DNA of 64,000 nt from the human T2T-CHM13v2.0 reference genome, Homo sapiens, in assembly GCF_009914755.1 (NCBI RefSeq), contig NC_060940.1; one strand, 5' to 3'. The translations under genes were made by a program, and so were the position numbers. The notes under the pieces are model-generated. The model had not been told where the DNA came from and searched no databases. It saw only the letters and a program-made list of their open reading frames with translations. Within the stretch, counting starts at the first letter, position 1; the number at the start of each line of letters is the position of its first letter. This document shows, in pieces, positions 47,901-62,969 of the stretch.

Positions 47901-50480
47901 TCCAGCTCTTAGGAATAGAAAGGAGGACTGCTGACTGTCTGGCGCTGTATAAAAATGTGTATACCAATTTGGGAATAGGGGAACCCAGTCATGGATGGAT
48001 AATAAGCCAAGTCTTGAATCATTCCTATCAAGATTAGTATACATGAGGAAGAGGTGGCATGGGGGGAAGGGGCTCTGGGAGTTCAGAGCTGAGTACTTGT
48101 ACCTGAGGGAGGGCCCCCAGCCAATCTGGGCTGGTCCTTCTATATTCTTGGTCCCAGTTGGTCATAACACCAAGGGCTTTGCCCTGCGCTGCTTTGCCAC
48201 TGCTGCTGTCCGCTCACTGTCCTGCCTGCTGTCCTCTACAGCTCCCTATCCTTCCATGTCTTTGGCCATGTAGATTAAGTGTAGGCGTCCGGTTCATTCT
48301 TACCTGTGTTAGGCCATGTTATTTTATAGCGAAGTCATGTTCGATAGGGATGGTATGAAATGCTGCTGGTGGGCTGGTAAATCCAAAGGGATAAGGCTTC
48401 AGTGCTGTTGGGAGCCCTTTGGCTCCAAATGTCTGACTATCTTGAGGGAGAAACAAGCAGGTTTCTACTAGTGGTGTCTTCTGTTGTATTAACTTCTTTC
48501 CTTTGTGGTATCTTGTATCCTGTTTTAAAAACTAAATGAAGGGAACCACATTAGGGCCCATGCCAGCATCCCAGTGAAGTTCGTCCAGCTCCAGTTAGGT
48601 GGATTCTGGAGTTCGGAGAGGGTTTAAAGTTTGGCTGAAATAGCACCTCAAGTGGGGTTTAGTTTTATTTTTACCTGCGGGCATCATGGGCGATTTAGGG
48701 GGAAGCACAGGATGGTGGTGTGGTTTAAACCTGCAGCAAGCAGGCATGTTGAAGAGTTGAGTGATCACGCTGGAGATGAAGGGTTGGACATGGATTGACT
48801 GGGAAAAGGCCTGGGTCCATTGGAGTAAAGATAACCTAGTCGATTGAATTGGCCATGGGAAGTTAGGTCACAGTCTTATAAACAAAGTAAATAGGACAGA
48901 GACTAAGTTTTAGGGAGACATCTTGGCCTCCTAGGCTAAGTTTACTAAACCACACTGAAGCTATAGTACCTTCCAGATGGGCAAAAGTGTACACTACAGT
49001 TGAGGAGCTGAACCTTATTAGGTTGGATGTCGATCAGGAACCTGTTTGCCCTTTGCTGGGAAGCCTTCACTCTCCAGCTTTCCTGGGGTAGGGAAGGTCT
49101 CCCACATTATGCAATAATAAAATAAGCATCTGGGTCTTTGCAGCTGTCAGTTGCTCTTTCAACTCTAGGATCCATCTTTGGACCAGAAGCCTGGTCTGTG
49201 CCTAGGATGACACTGGCCCCAGAGATGCTAGAGTCGACTGCACTCTCTCCTTAGCTGCAGACCATGCACAGTGCCTGGGGCGGAAGGAGGAGAGGTGTTG
49301 CGGTTTGCCCTGCTGCCTCCCCAGCAGGAACAATAGTCATAAATGCACTTTTCACACTAAAGGTTTCTTTATTAGTTCTCCAGTTAAACCTAGATCCCTC
49401 CCTGGTAGATTGCGAACTCAAAGTTTTGTGATCCCAAAGCCATTCCACTGCAAATGCCCAGCAGTGAAGATGGCCTCAAATTGGGTTCTTGCCTGCAGTG
49501 TGTGTGGCAGCAGCCCATGTGCCTTTACCTGTTGTCAAACTTGCAAGCATTTATTTGTCTTTATGACTGTCATGGGGACTGAGGTTCTTCAGAGAAAGAG
49601 TGTGAGCTGATGACACAGTGGTTTTACACCCACCCCCTGGGCAGGGAGTTTGCACGTAGTTGTGAGCTGTGAGTGGTTAGTGCATTGCTGGTATTGCTGA
49701 AGGCAGGGTTGATCCCTCACTTGACTGATACTTGCATTCAAGAGAATCTAGATTGTGTTGGGGGAGGGACTGACTGTACTCATGGCTAACTTAAAATATT
49801 AAAATAAGGCTGTCCCCTACAACCTTCTTAGTCACACAGGATCCCTGTAGCCAAAACAGTATATGATCCAGCTGCAGAGAGCAGACTGCTCTCAGCTTGC
49901 ACAGCACCTTAGGCGAGGGAAGAATATACGGATAGGGAATGGGGTGGAGAAAGGATGGGAATGTTGTCATCCAGGTGGCTTTAGGGTCCTAAGGAGTGGA
50001 GAAGGATGGCACTGGGGAGGTCTGGATGGATCTGTGTAGGAGTTCCCTGTAGATAAATTACTGATCCCCCATCTACTATCCCCAGTATGTAATGGCTGAA
50101 TTAATATGTAATCAACTGCATTGTATCTAAAGCCTTAGAACTAGTCAGGTGCTCCCTCCACCCAATACCATTTCTTACCCTCTAATCCTACCTGATCTTT
50201 AACAAAGCATTAATAATTCTAAGGATAATCTCTATTTTGTTGTGCTTTTTTGTAACTGTTTTAAATAAATCAATTTGTACTGTATATTTGTACTTTTGTG
50301 AGATCCTTTTTGCTGTTTTACCATTTTAAGTCTCTGTACTTGGCTACACACAGATTGTATTTTTATTGTTAATGCTCTTCTTATGGATACCTGCATTTAA
50401 CTTGTGGACTATGTAAACACAATATCTATCAATATCTATATATCTATATATCTATCTATATAAACTACTAGCTTTTCCTT
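44960..50480 (+). other. ATXN1L: ATXN1L long 3'UTR (end approximate), with a MIR fragment at ~46670-46800
   Basis: Alu-free unique sequence ending in a U-rich, UGUA-rich block with poly(A) signals. Confidence 0.75.
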
Positions 50481-50490
50481 TTGGTGTTTG
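50264..50490 (+). terminator. ATXN1L polyadenylation region: AATAAA 50264-50269; variant TATAAA 50459-50464 followed by U/GU-rich sequence
   Basis: Hexamers read directly; many TGTA motifs at 50088-50415; downstream CTTTTCCTTTTGGTGTTTG. Confidence 0.65.
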
Positions 50491-51224
50491 CGCCTTCTTC
50501 CTATCCCAGCCTTAGATGGTGGCCATGGGGTGGGGGATAGAAACCTTTGTGGGAGCAGTTGTAATGGAACACAAATGGTGGCTTTATTTGTGCGGTGAGC
50601 TCAAGGGAGATGGCATGAGCTTGTCCTCAAGCATGGTCTTTCCCCTCTGTTGGTGTGGATTTCAGAGACCCGGAAGTCTACCTGAACACTTAGATTCTAG
50701 TGGAATCACAAGGATCTGTAGGTGCCTTCGCTGCTGGCCTTCTCCCCAATTCTTTACTCAGGAATACTGCCAGAAATTGCTGGAATAAGTCAGCCCCAAT
50801 CATAGCTACTGCCTAAAATTTAGAAAGCTTGCCACTAGTAATGGCATTTATGGAACACTTATTATGGGCTACAAAATATCCTAAGTGCTTTGTATGTACG
50901 GACAAGCTTTTTTTGCTAGTATTATTTCCATTTTGTGGATGGGGAAGCCAAGACATAGAGGTTAAGTAACCTCCCCAAAGTTACACAGCTAGTGTGGCAG
51001 GGCACTTCTGAACCCAGAGGTGCAACTCTTGAGTTTGTATGAATTCAGAGTTTCTTGTGAAGATTGAGATCATCTATGTAAAGCGCTTAGAATCATCTGT
51101 GGCACATAGTGAGGACTCAGTCATTTTAAAGCATCCCAAGTAGGACTCCAGTATGGAGCTCTGGGAGAAAGGCATTTGGGTCAATTAAGTAAATTAAACA
51201 GTTTTTGTTTGGTTTTTTTTGTTG

Positions 51225-51924
<700 letters not shown>

Positions 51925-52848
51925 CTAGTTTGGCGGGGGTCAGTTGACACTGTTAAACAGCCTTGGACCTATGGAGGTCAGAGAGGAATCCAAGTTTCCC
52001 TGTTAAGATATTGGAAGAAGTCCGCATTCCTGGCATAGTTATTTTTCTGGCTACAATTTAACTAGGGCACTTCCTTCTGGACCTCAAGATCTATAATTAT
52101 CTAAACTGAACACAACCTTTGGTGCAGGCTAGGAAGGTTCTGTGCCTGTTCTGTACCATCACAGAAACTTTTTAGAAATGACCTCAGCTCTTGTCTCCTC
52201 CATGGTTTGGCAGTCATACAACCTGCCAGAGTAATCATTTTGCCCTAGCCTTAACCTGAGCTCTCTTACCACCTTAATTCTGGATTTTCTTCAGTGAGCT
52301 TATTTTCCTTCCTTGCCTCTGGTGAACAAATAAAACACAAATAAAATGCAAACATGAGTTTCTTGGTGCTGTGCACCTTAATATTGCAGCTATTTCTATG
52401 AGCCTATTCCTAGATGCAGCTGACTACTGTCTAGAATTGTAAATGTTCGACAATATTGCTGGGAAAAGTTGCACACCTAGTTGAAGGTATTGCATAGTCT
52501 TTAGAAAACAGCAGTTATGAGAAGAGACTTCTTCTGAGTTTGGAAAAGGTAAGCTAGGTTTAAACAGCCCTTGGGACCACAGGTATCTTCATTATGGTTG
52601 TGGGAATAATCATCACAGTCAACATCGGTTCTTTCTTCGGTGTCATGCTAATTCCTCGGCAACTTGTAAAGGCCCAAATAAGGACCTCTGCTTGGACAGC
52701 CTAAGCTGAGGAGCACCCTCCCTAAGAAAACGGCAAGCCACCAGAAGCCACTGTCTGAAAATTTCCACCCAGGTTTCTCCTAGATCACTTCATTTGCTAG
52801 AATGACATTGAGAGAAAAGCAAGAAAGGGGCAGTAAAGATAAAATTAA

Positions 52849-52854
52849 TTTATT
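52849..52854 (-). terminator. ZNF821 poly(A) signal AATAAA (cleavage approx. 52825-52835)
   Basis: TTTATT on + strand ~310 nt past the stop; U-rich sequence follows on the - strand. Confidence 0.8.
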
Positions 52855-53166
52855 TGACTTCACAACTTCATGGGCCACACAGGGGCCCCACAGTCCTAGA
52901 AGCACAGCCTGTGGCAGTGGGCTGGGGAGGCCAGTTCTCTGGACTGCCTGCTCCCTTGTCCAGAGCTGCCTTGAGCCAGGTCCCTCCTGACCCCATCATC
53001 CTGTTCCCATATGCAAGGGCTGCTCAGGTCCACCTGCAATAAACCCAGGCCTGCCTCTGGCAGCAAGGACAGGGCCTCGTGGGTGGCAGCAGCACTGGTC
53101 CTCGTGGCTGTGGGTGTGGGTGGGTGGGTAGGTAGGTGGGAAGGAGGGCAGGCAGGAGGGTGTGGT

Positions 53167-53821
53167 TCAGTGCAGAGAGCTGCTGTTCTGCTCTTCAAAG
53201 GCCATCTTGCCCAGAAGCTGGCTGTCCAACTCCACCCCACTTACAGGCAGCTGGAAGAAGTTCATTTCAGCTGCTAAGGCTGCCATGGCAGAAGGGTCCT
53301 GGCCAAACTGAGCTCGCAACATCATGTCCATTTTCTCCAGCCTCCTCTTGAGCCGCTTGGCCTCTCGCTCTCGGATGAGCCGGGCCTGCCGCTTTTCCGG
53401 GGTTTCATTGGCCCGCTTCAGCCTCATGGCCTCCCGATCCCGCTGCAGCCGGCGTGCCCGCTGCTCGTCTGTCTCCTGCATGCGCTGCAAGCGCTTGGCT
53501 TCACGGTCCCTCATGCGCCTCACCTCCCGCTCCTCGGGGGTCTCATTGTCCCGCCGGCTCTTCTTGGCCGTGCGCTCTCGTTCCAGCCGCTGCAGCCGTA
53601 CTTCCAAAGGCTCATTCTGTCGACGTAGAGCCCACTTGCGTACACTGGGAGTCTGGGCTTCCAGCAGTTTACGGTAGGCAGCACAGTTGTTGCACACAAG
53701 CAGAATTCCAGCAGGGTACACTGGAGGACTAAAGGCAATATCCTTCCCCTCAGCACTGGAGGGACCCTCATTGTGGACTGTGGGTAGGGATTCCATATTT
53801 AGTACTTCAGGAAGTTTCTCA
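53167..53821 (-). CDS. ZNF821: ZNF821 last coding exon (S/EKLPEV...SSSLH*), includes STPR repeats
   Basis: Acceptor TGTTTCCTTTCCAG|T (AG at 53823-53822); phase matches the upstream exon (AG+T = Ser); TGA at 53169-53167. Confidence 0.96.
53338..53613 (-). repeat. ZNF821: Four tandem 69-nt/23-aa STPR repeats in ZNF821
   Basis: EPLEVRLQRLERERTAKKSRRDN / ETPEEREVRRMRDREAKRLQRMQ / ETDEQRARRLQRDREAMRLKRAN / ETPEKRQARLIREREAKRLKRRL. Confidence 0.92.
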
Positions 53822-53990
53822 CTGGAAAGGAAACATTTTGGATGGTTAGTGTTTCCTTCTAGCAAGAGTCGGGACTCCAGCCCTGCCTTATTCTTTTCCT
53901 ATGAGGCCAGTGGCTCCACGCTCACCACAAGGGGTCAGTTTGAATGCTTGGTGGACCTCTTCTGCTGCTCCATCCCTTCTCTTCGCGTGA

Positions 53991-54284
<294 letters not shown>

Positions 54285-54925
54285 TGAGCCACTGTGCCCG
54301 GCCGGGTGTCTACCAACTCTAAAAGCCCATCTGGAGTTAACTGAGCCACCTGCCACAGCAATGCACCAGAAATCAGACAAACCCTTGGTGTTTTCACTCA
54401 AGCCAGAATAATGATTTTGATAAGAGCTTTGCAGGGGCAGTCCTGCTGTGGGAATGGAGGCTCCTGGAGGTGGAGACCTCCTTCAGGCAAGGTGCAGACC
54501 ACCAACTCACCTCCTTCCCTCACACTACCTGCATGCAAAGGCAGACTCTGCACTGTACACTAGACAAACGGGACAAGGACACAACGTTCCAGTCTTCCTA
54601 GGACACGATGGAGACTGCATCCTCATGCCAGGGTCCTCTCTACCCTATAACTTCTTTCTCCATGCTTTATCATGAGTGTTCTTGGAATTGCCTACATCTC
54701 TTTCTAGTTGAAGATATTCTGATGGGAAAATAAATGGGAATTCATTTTCCTTTGGGGCTATGTGAGGGAATAGGCATATTTCCTAGCCTTCTTACTTGTA
54801 CTTCCAAGGAGCATGCATCAGCTGCCTTTGCATTACCTATTTCTAGCCTTCGCTTTGACTTCAGAAAGCAGAACTCACACCCAGTAATTTGCTCCCAGCA
54901 CAACAGGGATAAGTGCCCAGCTGAC

Positions 54926-55092
54926 CTGTTAAAAGTGGCATGGCTGGTGAACCGGGCTCCACACACAGCACAGTTAGATCGCTGGTCCTCCGAGTGGATT
55001 AAGAGGTGGCGACCCAATGACCCCGGGGAGCTAAGGGCCCGGCCACAGACAGGACACATGTAGCTCTTGGCGCTCACCACTGCTGCAGTGTG
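54926..55092 (-). CDS. ZNF821: ZNF821 exon (167 nt): HTAAVVSAKSYMCPVCGRALSSPGSLGRHLLIHSEDQRSNCAVCGARFTSHATFN
   Basis: TTTTACAG| acceptor; AG|GTCAGC donor; C2H2 finger CPVC...HLLIH. Confidence 0.95.
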
Positions 55093-55407
55093 CTGTAAAA
55101 CAGAGCCTTGATCTGTCAGTCTTGCGCTACCTCCAGGACAATCTGCACCCACTTAGAAATGACTTTTGGGAAATGTCCCCTTTCTTTAGTCTCAGAATAA
55201 GGAACTTCCAAGTATTCTGTTTAGCCCCTAGAAAAGTCAGTCTCTTACATTAGAGGCCCTGGCCATTTAGACCACTGCTTAGATTTCATTAGCTTGAGCT
55301 CTGCCTACGTTCTGGGACATGTGGCTGACTTAAGGAACAGTGGGAGCCAGGCACAGTGGCTCATGCCTGTAATCCCAACACTTTGGGAGGCCGAGGCAGG
55401 TGGATCA

Positions 55408-55728
<321 letters not shown>

Positions 55729-56050
55729 TCACACTGTGCAGGTACAAATTACGTGTTAAGGGAACAATAAAGGCCAAATCTAGAAGCTGGCCTGGAATAC
55801 TGGTATGCAACAGGTATTTATATCTTGCTTTCTCAATCTTTTCAAGATAGTCTTCTGAAGAAATACTTGTCCTCATGAACCAACTATCTTTATGGTACAG
55901 CCCAGGCTGCCATGTGTGCTGATACCTTGTCAACACCGACCAGGAGGTACAGGTGCCCTGTGATTGGATCATGGTAAAAAGAACACAAAAGTCTGGTATT
56001 CGGATCCCCTGGTTCACACTAATTTTTAACATACCATTTGTGTTAACTAA

Positions 56051-56418
<368 letters not shown>

Positions 56419-56849
56419 TAAAATATACATTAAATAATTTAGAAAAAAAATCACTTAATTTTCACAGTGTGTCTGCCCGGAAACCCAGAACGTGTTTATC
56501 TAATATATCTCATTTATTTTCTAAAATGTTGGAAGCTTGGAGCAGAATCTCTTTTTTTTTTTTTTTTTTTTTAATACAGTCTCACTCTGTCACCCTAGCT
56601 GAAGCATGATCACTGCAGCCTCAACCTCCTAGGCTCAAGCTATCCTCCCACCTCAGTCTTCCAAGTAACTGGTACTACAGGTGCAAGCCACCATGCCCAA
56701 CTAATTTAAAAAAAAATTTTGTAGGGCTGGGGTCTTGCTATGTTGCCTAGGCTGGTCTTGAACTCCTGAGGTTAAGCAATCCTCCCCACTTCAGCCTCTC
56801 AAAGTGCTGGAATTCTGGGTGTGAGCCACCACACCTGGCTTTGGGCTGA

Positions 56850-57152
<303 letters not shown>

Positions 57153-57288
57153 TAAGACGAATCTTAATAGAAGCGACAACCCAAGACTCCTTCAGGAGCC
57201 AGAGAGAGACAAAGGCCAAACCAGGATCTGGGCTACAGACAAGCTGCCCACACTTGTGTTCCAGAGCACACAGCTCCCCCATCCATAC

Positions 57289-57393
57289 CTGGTACACGTG
57301 AGCAATCAACTGCTCCCGGCTCCCGCAGTCTAGCTGGCAGAGGGGACACTGGCAGAGTTCAAGCAAGGGGTCAGAATTCAAATTCCCTGTGAC
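57289..57393 (-). CDS. ZNF821: ZNF821 exon (105 nt): VTGNLNSDPLLELCQCPLCQLDCGSREQLIAHVYQ
   Basis: CACAG| acceptor; CAG|GTATGG donor; C2H2 finger completed by the first His of the next exon. Confidence 0.95.
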
Positions 57394-58053
57394 CTGTGAT
57401 TCAACAAATAGGCAACTCATTAGGACTCTTTACTCATCTCTTCCCTGCCCCAGCTTTTTAAACAGGGTATCCTGTTAAAAGGAACCCAGACTGATGGCGC
57501 ATGTTATTCTTAGCTTCCCTTTGTGGGCTGAAGGAAAAAGTAATAGTTGAGAGGGAATTATGGCTTTCAGCCATGAGGACACAGGATTGCCTCAGAGAGA
57601 GCCAATCAATTTTTTTCCCTGAAGATAAACTCTGCAGACAGGGGTAGCGTTTTTCCTGTCATGTTCCTTTCAGGAATCCTCAGGAAACAAGTTAGTGAGA
57701 AGGTGGCACTCCAGGTGACACCTTGATTTAGATTTGCAAGCACATTCAAGAGTCCACCTTGGGAAGTCAGCTTTCTACTTCAACAAAGTTTCTCTCATGT
57801 CTGGAAAGACGTGGGGAGCTGCAGGAAAGAGAGCTGTGCACAGGCGCAGCGATTCGTGGATGGAAAAGGAAAACTGAGTGTGGCGAGAACTGAGAGTCTG
57901 AGGTGTGGGTTCTGGTGCCATGAAGGAAGAGGCCTCCCATGCAGGCCCAGGAGACCATCAGAGGCAAGACTGTGCCACAGGGGTGAGCAGCATCAGGGCA
58001 GGCAGAAGGGTAGGGCATTGCTGGACCTGGACCCAGGGGCCATCGTCACTTGC

Positions 58054-58199
58054 CTCGTGCTCTACCACTTCGTTCCCACCAACAGGCTGTTCTGTATTTT
58101 CTAACTCTTTCTCCACTTTGACCACCCCTCCATCTTCCTCTGATGTGTGGGAAGAGACTTCATCTTGTGTCGTCTCCTCTTCATCACCCTCACTGTCAC
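58054..58199 (-). CDS. ZNF821: ZNF821 exon (146 nt), acidic region DSEGDEEETT...VVEHE; GC donor
   Basis: GTTCCAG| acceptor; GAG|GCAAGT donor joins in phase 0 to VTGN, matching recalled ZNF821 VVEHEVTGN. Confidence 0.9.
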
Positions 58200-60401
58200 C
58201 TGGAACACACAAACTGGTCACTTGTTCTGATTTTTGCATGAATACATCCTGAGCTGCTCTCCACCCTAGAGTTGGCAGTTACAATAGAAAACATTTTCAG
58301 ATCTTCCATAATATAGTTTATATAGTTTTGTTGGGTACATATTATGTCAAGTGGAAACCAACTATAGCTGTCATTTGTTATGCCATATACACGTAAAGGG
58401 AAGATGTGAAGCAAAACTGCATTGGAAATGGTTATCATGCCCTCTACATGATTATAAAAATAATCTTTCTGACTCATGGTTTTCAAATATCTCACACTTC
58501 AAATCACACCTCCCCAAGCACCTTACACTGAGCTCATTCCCACTGTACACCACCTCTGACTTACCAACACTTTCCACTGATTTTGCCATGAGCCCCCTGC
58601 ACAACTTCTCCACGGTGTCACTATACTATTCTACTCTGAACCCCACTAATCTCTTCTTTCCCAGCAAACCTCAAGGCACACTTACAGAAACATCAAGTTT
58701 TTCTTCCCTCTTACCAGCAATGGAAGCAGTAGTAAATGAGTTTGAAATGATGTCACTTTATAGGGAAAGGGCTGCTCATTACAGTGGAAAAATTAGCACA
58801 GCAACCAACCTCAGGCACTTTGCAGTGGTATCCGACTCACTCGGTTCTTACTCTACTATTGTAACATGGCATTCTAAACTAAGTAAGTCCATTGTTTCTG
58901 TTGATTATTTGGATTATCTCAATGGGTAACCGAATGCATTAAGTGGAAGGAACGGGCCATTCTTTAGGATGAAATGTAATTTCTTGTGACTAACATAGGA
59001 ATTGAGTTTGTTTTAGTTTTAGGGGTAGGATGTGGCTATGAGGAGGTCTGCCTGTGGCTGGGGAGTCTGCAAGGTTTATGTGAGCTGATTTTTCTTCTCT
59101 ATTACTTATAAAATAGAAAATGAAAACAGATCAGAAAAACAAATAACGAACGTAGTTCTTTCTGAAAGGGAAAAAATAAAGTGCTAGTACCTTGAAGATC
59201 ACAAGAAGTAGCCAAGCCTAGGGAAGCTGTCACACTCCAGCCCTATCTTAACCCCACCTGGATCCTGGACTTCTGGGCCTGATGTGAGCAAGAGAGAAAT
59301 ATAGGGCAGAGTCTCACCAGGCTGTCCGCAGGAAACTCAGATTTCCTAGCTAACAGTGTGCCTGTCTTCTCTACTACCCTTGCATAATATCTAAATCCAC
59401 CAGTATGAGAGCAACATATTTCCCTTCTTCCTGGGCAAAACTAGTTATATTCCCTTTCTTCATGAGAAGGTCTAACCAAATCATCTGCTAGTAGTTACAT
59501 GTGTCCTTATTAGATAAATACTCCAGGCAACTGGTGGACTGGATTTGGGGCCTGGAAAGAGCTATGGTTTGTGTGTCTTATTTCCCAGCCCAAAGCTCCT
59601 TTCATTTGAATCCAACTCAATAATGAAGGATTGGCACAGATTACATCATACCATGTTTTCTCCCCAGCTTATCTGAAATACTTGTAAACTTTATATAATA
59701 TAAAGTGATATATCAAACATATTTTTGTAATTTTGCAATAATCCAAATATATCTCGCTACTAGAAAAATTTTTTAAAAATGTGTACTGTCTAGAGGGATA
59801 GTACATCCTTCAGAATGGAAAACTATTAGATGTTTGCAGATATTGTAATTCCCACCTGCTACTCAAGAAAGTGGTGGCTTCCATAGGTTTTCCAGACATG
59901 TTTGGGTTCATTTTTTTGTGCCCGAGCAATTAATTGCTAAGTTATTTTATGTTGTTGATGTTGCTTAATTATTAGCTTGGGTGGAAACAAGTTCCTAGAA
60001 GGTTGCAGAGTCCTCTCTCCATTTTCACCCAACCCAGCCTCAAATGTGGTGAAAAATTGGAAAAGTCATTCTGAATTCATACTAATAATAACCAATATCA
60101 AATGGATGAGGTGGGGAAAGTGCTGAAATCTTCCTAGGAAAACACATCTCAAGACGTGTTTGTTCAGACAGGTCACAGGACAGACAGACAATCCATGAGG
60201 CTCAACTTGTAACAGCTACTGTCGTAACCACAGGGATCTTCTTAGGGAATTGGTATGGGAAGACCTTGACGTTAGCATTTTATACACTGCATAACCTCAT
60301 TACTAAGCAAATCTTCTTGTTTAACATTAAAACTGGGCCTTCAAGCAAGGTTTCATTAATGCCACCCTTATATTTTATTGATTACAAATACATAGATCCT
60401 A

Positions 60402-61036
<635 letters not shown>

Positions 61037-61062
61037 TCATTACCAGAAGGTGCAGAACTCAC

Positions 61063-61188
61063 TGCTACTGGAGTCCTGATCTCTTAGTTGTTGGATAGCT
61101 TGTCGCTGACTGCCAAGGTCTCCAGGAAAATCAGTTTTCATCATCGCCTGGCGGGCTTGCTCTTCTAGCCCAGCAAATACTTGATCCC
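61063..61188 (-). CDS. ZNF821: ZNF821 exon (126 nt): DQVFAGLEEQARQAMMKTDFPGDLGSQRQAIQQLRDQDSSS; the start-codon exon lies beyond the window
   Basis: TTTTTCCTTGTGACCACCAG| acceptor; A|GTGAGT donor; phase 1-1. In-window exons plus 13 recalled N-terminal residues total 412 aa. Not present in the ORF track. Confidence 0.9.
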
Positions 61189-62723
61189 CTGGTGGTCACA
61201 AGGAAAAATAGTCAGGCCACCAGCTGGGCAGCATATCCCCAGGCAAGCTGGTTGGAAGGTCAGACCATTCAAAGGTAGGAGACAGGCAGGTACCCTGTGG
61301 TGGAGTCATTCATCTCCAAGTCAGCTTGCTGCCTCCAACAGCTTCTGGGTGCAGCTGCTCTTCCTGGGCAGTAAGCCAGATGCTCTAGAAAGCATCACTT
61401 GCTCCTCTTAAATCCTCCTAGTCTTGACTCCTTTCAAAAGGTGATCAACTGCTACTTCACAAATGTAACTGCAGACTCTCAAATCCATTTACAACCTTCC
61501 ATCAGGATTGGGAAGATAGAGGCAAGAAGGGGCAAAGTGATGGGATGAAGACAGGGCAACAAATCTGGGCCAAGTCTCTGTACCTTAATGTATTAGCATT
61601 ATGGTCTTGACTCAGTGTCTTATCTCTGACTATAAACAAGTGCTTCAAATCATCCTTCTAAATAACAATCTCTCTAACCCCATCTTTCATCCACTCTTCT
61701 TCCAAAACGTACCCTGGAAGTTCTTCCTTGACTTTCTTTATAATGTTTATCATAATTAGCCATGAGAAAATTAACAACTGGTTGAATAGTGGACTAGAAG
61801 AAGAATGGATATGAACTCACTTCTGCAGAAGAACAAACTTCCTGAAACACACTGCTAATTTACAACAAATAATATTCATGTAGTCTTCTTGGTCCAGTTT
61901 TTTTTTTTTTGAGAGAGAGTCTCACTCTGTCACCCAGGCTGGAGTACAGTGCTGGCACCCGCCTCCATGCCCAGCTAATTTTTTTGTATTTTTTAGTAGA
62001 GACGGGGTTTCACCGTGTTAGCCAGGATGGTCTCTATCTCCTGACCTCATGATCCGCCCGCCTCGGCCTCCCAAAGTGCTGGGATTACAGGCGTGAGCCA
62101 CCATGCCTGGCCAGTCCAGTTTTTTTTTAAATGTAGTACCCCAAGGCCCCAGGCCTATCCTTGATTTTGCATTTACTTCTCATGAACTCTGCTTGGGATC
62201 CATGAGGCTACTGAAGAGTTAGTATACTAAGTGCCCTTTTATTTCCAGGAGACCAGGCATAAGGAGAAAAGAGAGTTGGGTTTCTTGAGGTTTCTATTAT
62301 CTCAGTCAGAGTAGAAACTACAGTCCTCATTCACCAGACAGCAAGAGGGAATAATAAAAAGCCCTAGTGAAATGTCTGACAATAGCCAGGCCCTTTCCTG
62401 CTGAAGATAGAAAGGAAAGTACGCAGGCATACAGGCTCAGGTTCTGAGATAGGATACAGTGATGTGGGAGGAACTAAATGGTGAGCTGACCTGCACTCCT
62501 AGACCTTGGGCAGTGAAAGACTTGATGTGGAGTAGGCTTCATGTGATCCCCTTAGTCATTCATTCAGCAAACATTCATTGGGCATCTATTATATGCCAGC
62601 TACCAAACACTAATAATAGTTTGACACTTGCAAGCTCCAGGCTCTATGGTGTTTTGTAGTTATCACCTCACCTTAATTCTCTGCAAAACTCCGTGTGGTA
62701 GGGATTACTCTATATTTACTTAG

Positions 62724-62969
<246 letters not shown>

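Noticed and set aside
50048-50055. TGTAGATA as a Pumilio element in the ATXN1L 3'UTR
   Set aside because: G at position 5 departs from UGUAHAUA; a single non-canonical match is insufficient.
53822-53865. N-terminal MLEGNTNHPKCFLS of the 232-aa ORF
   Set aside because: Intronic sequence upstream of the ZNF821 acceptor; the exon starts at 53821.
54742-54925. In-frame read-through past the ZNF821 donor (RSAGHLSLL...)
   Set aside because: Could be an intron-retention isoform, but I see no nearby minus-strand poly(A) signal and it does not restore a canonical His pair.
58351-58929. 192-aa + strand ORF in a ZNF821 intron
   Set aside because: GTG start, Ser/Thr/Leu-rich, no homology recognised; one ORF of this length is plausible by chance in six frames of 64 kb.
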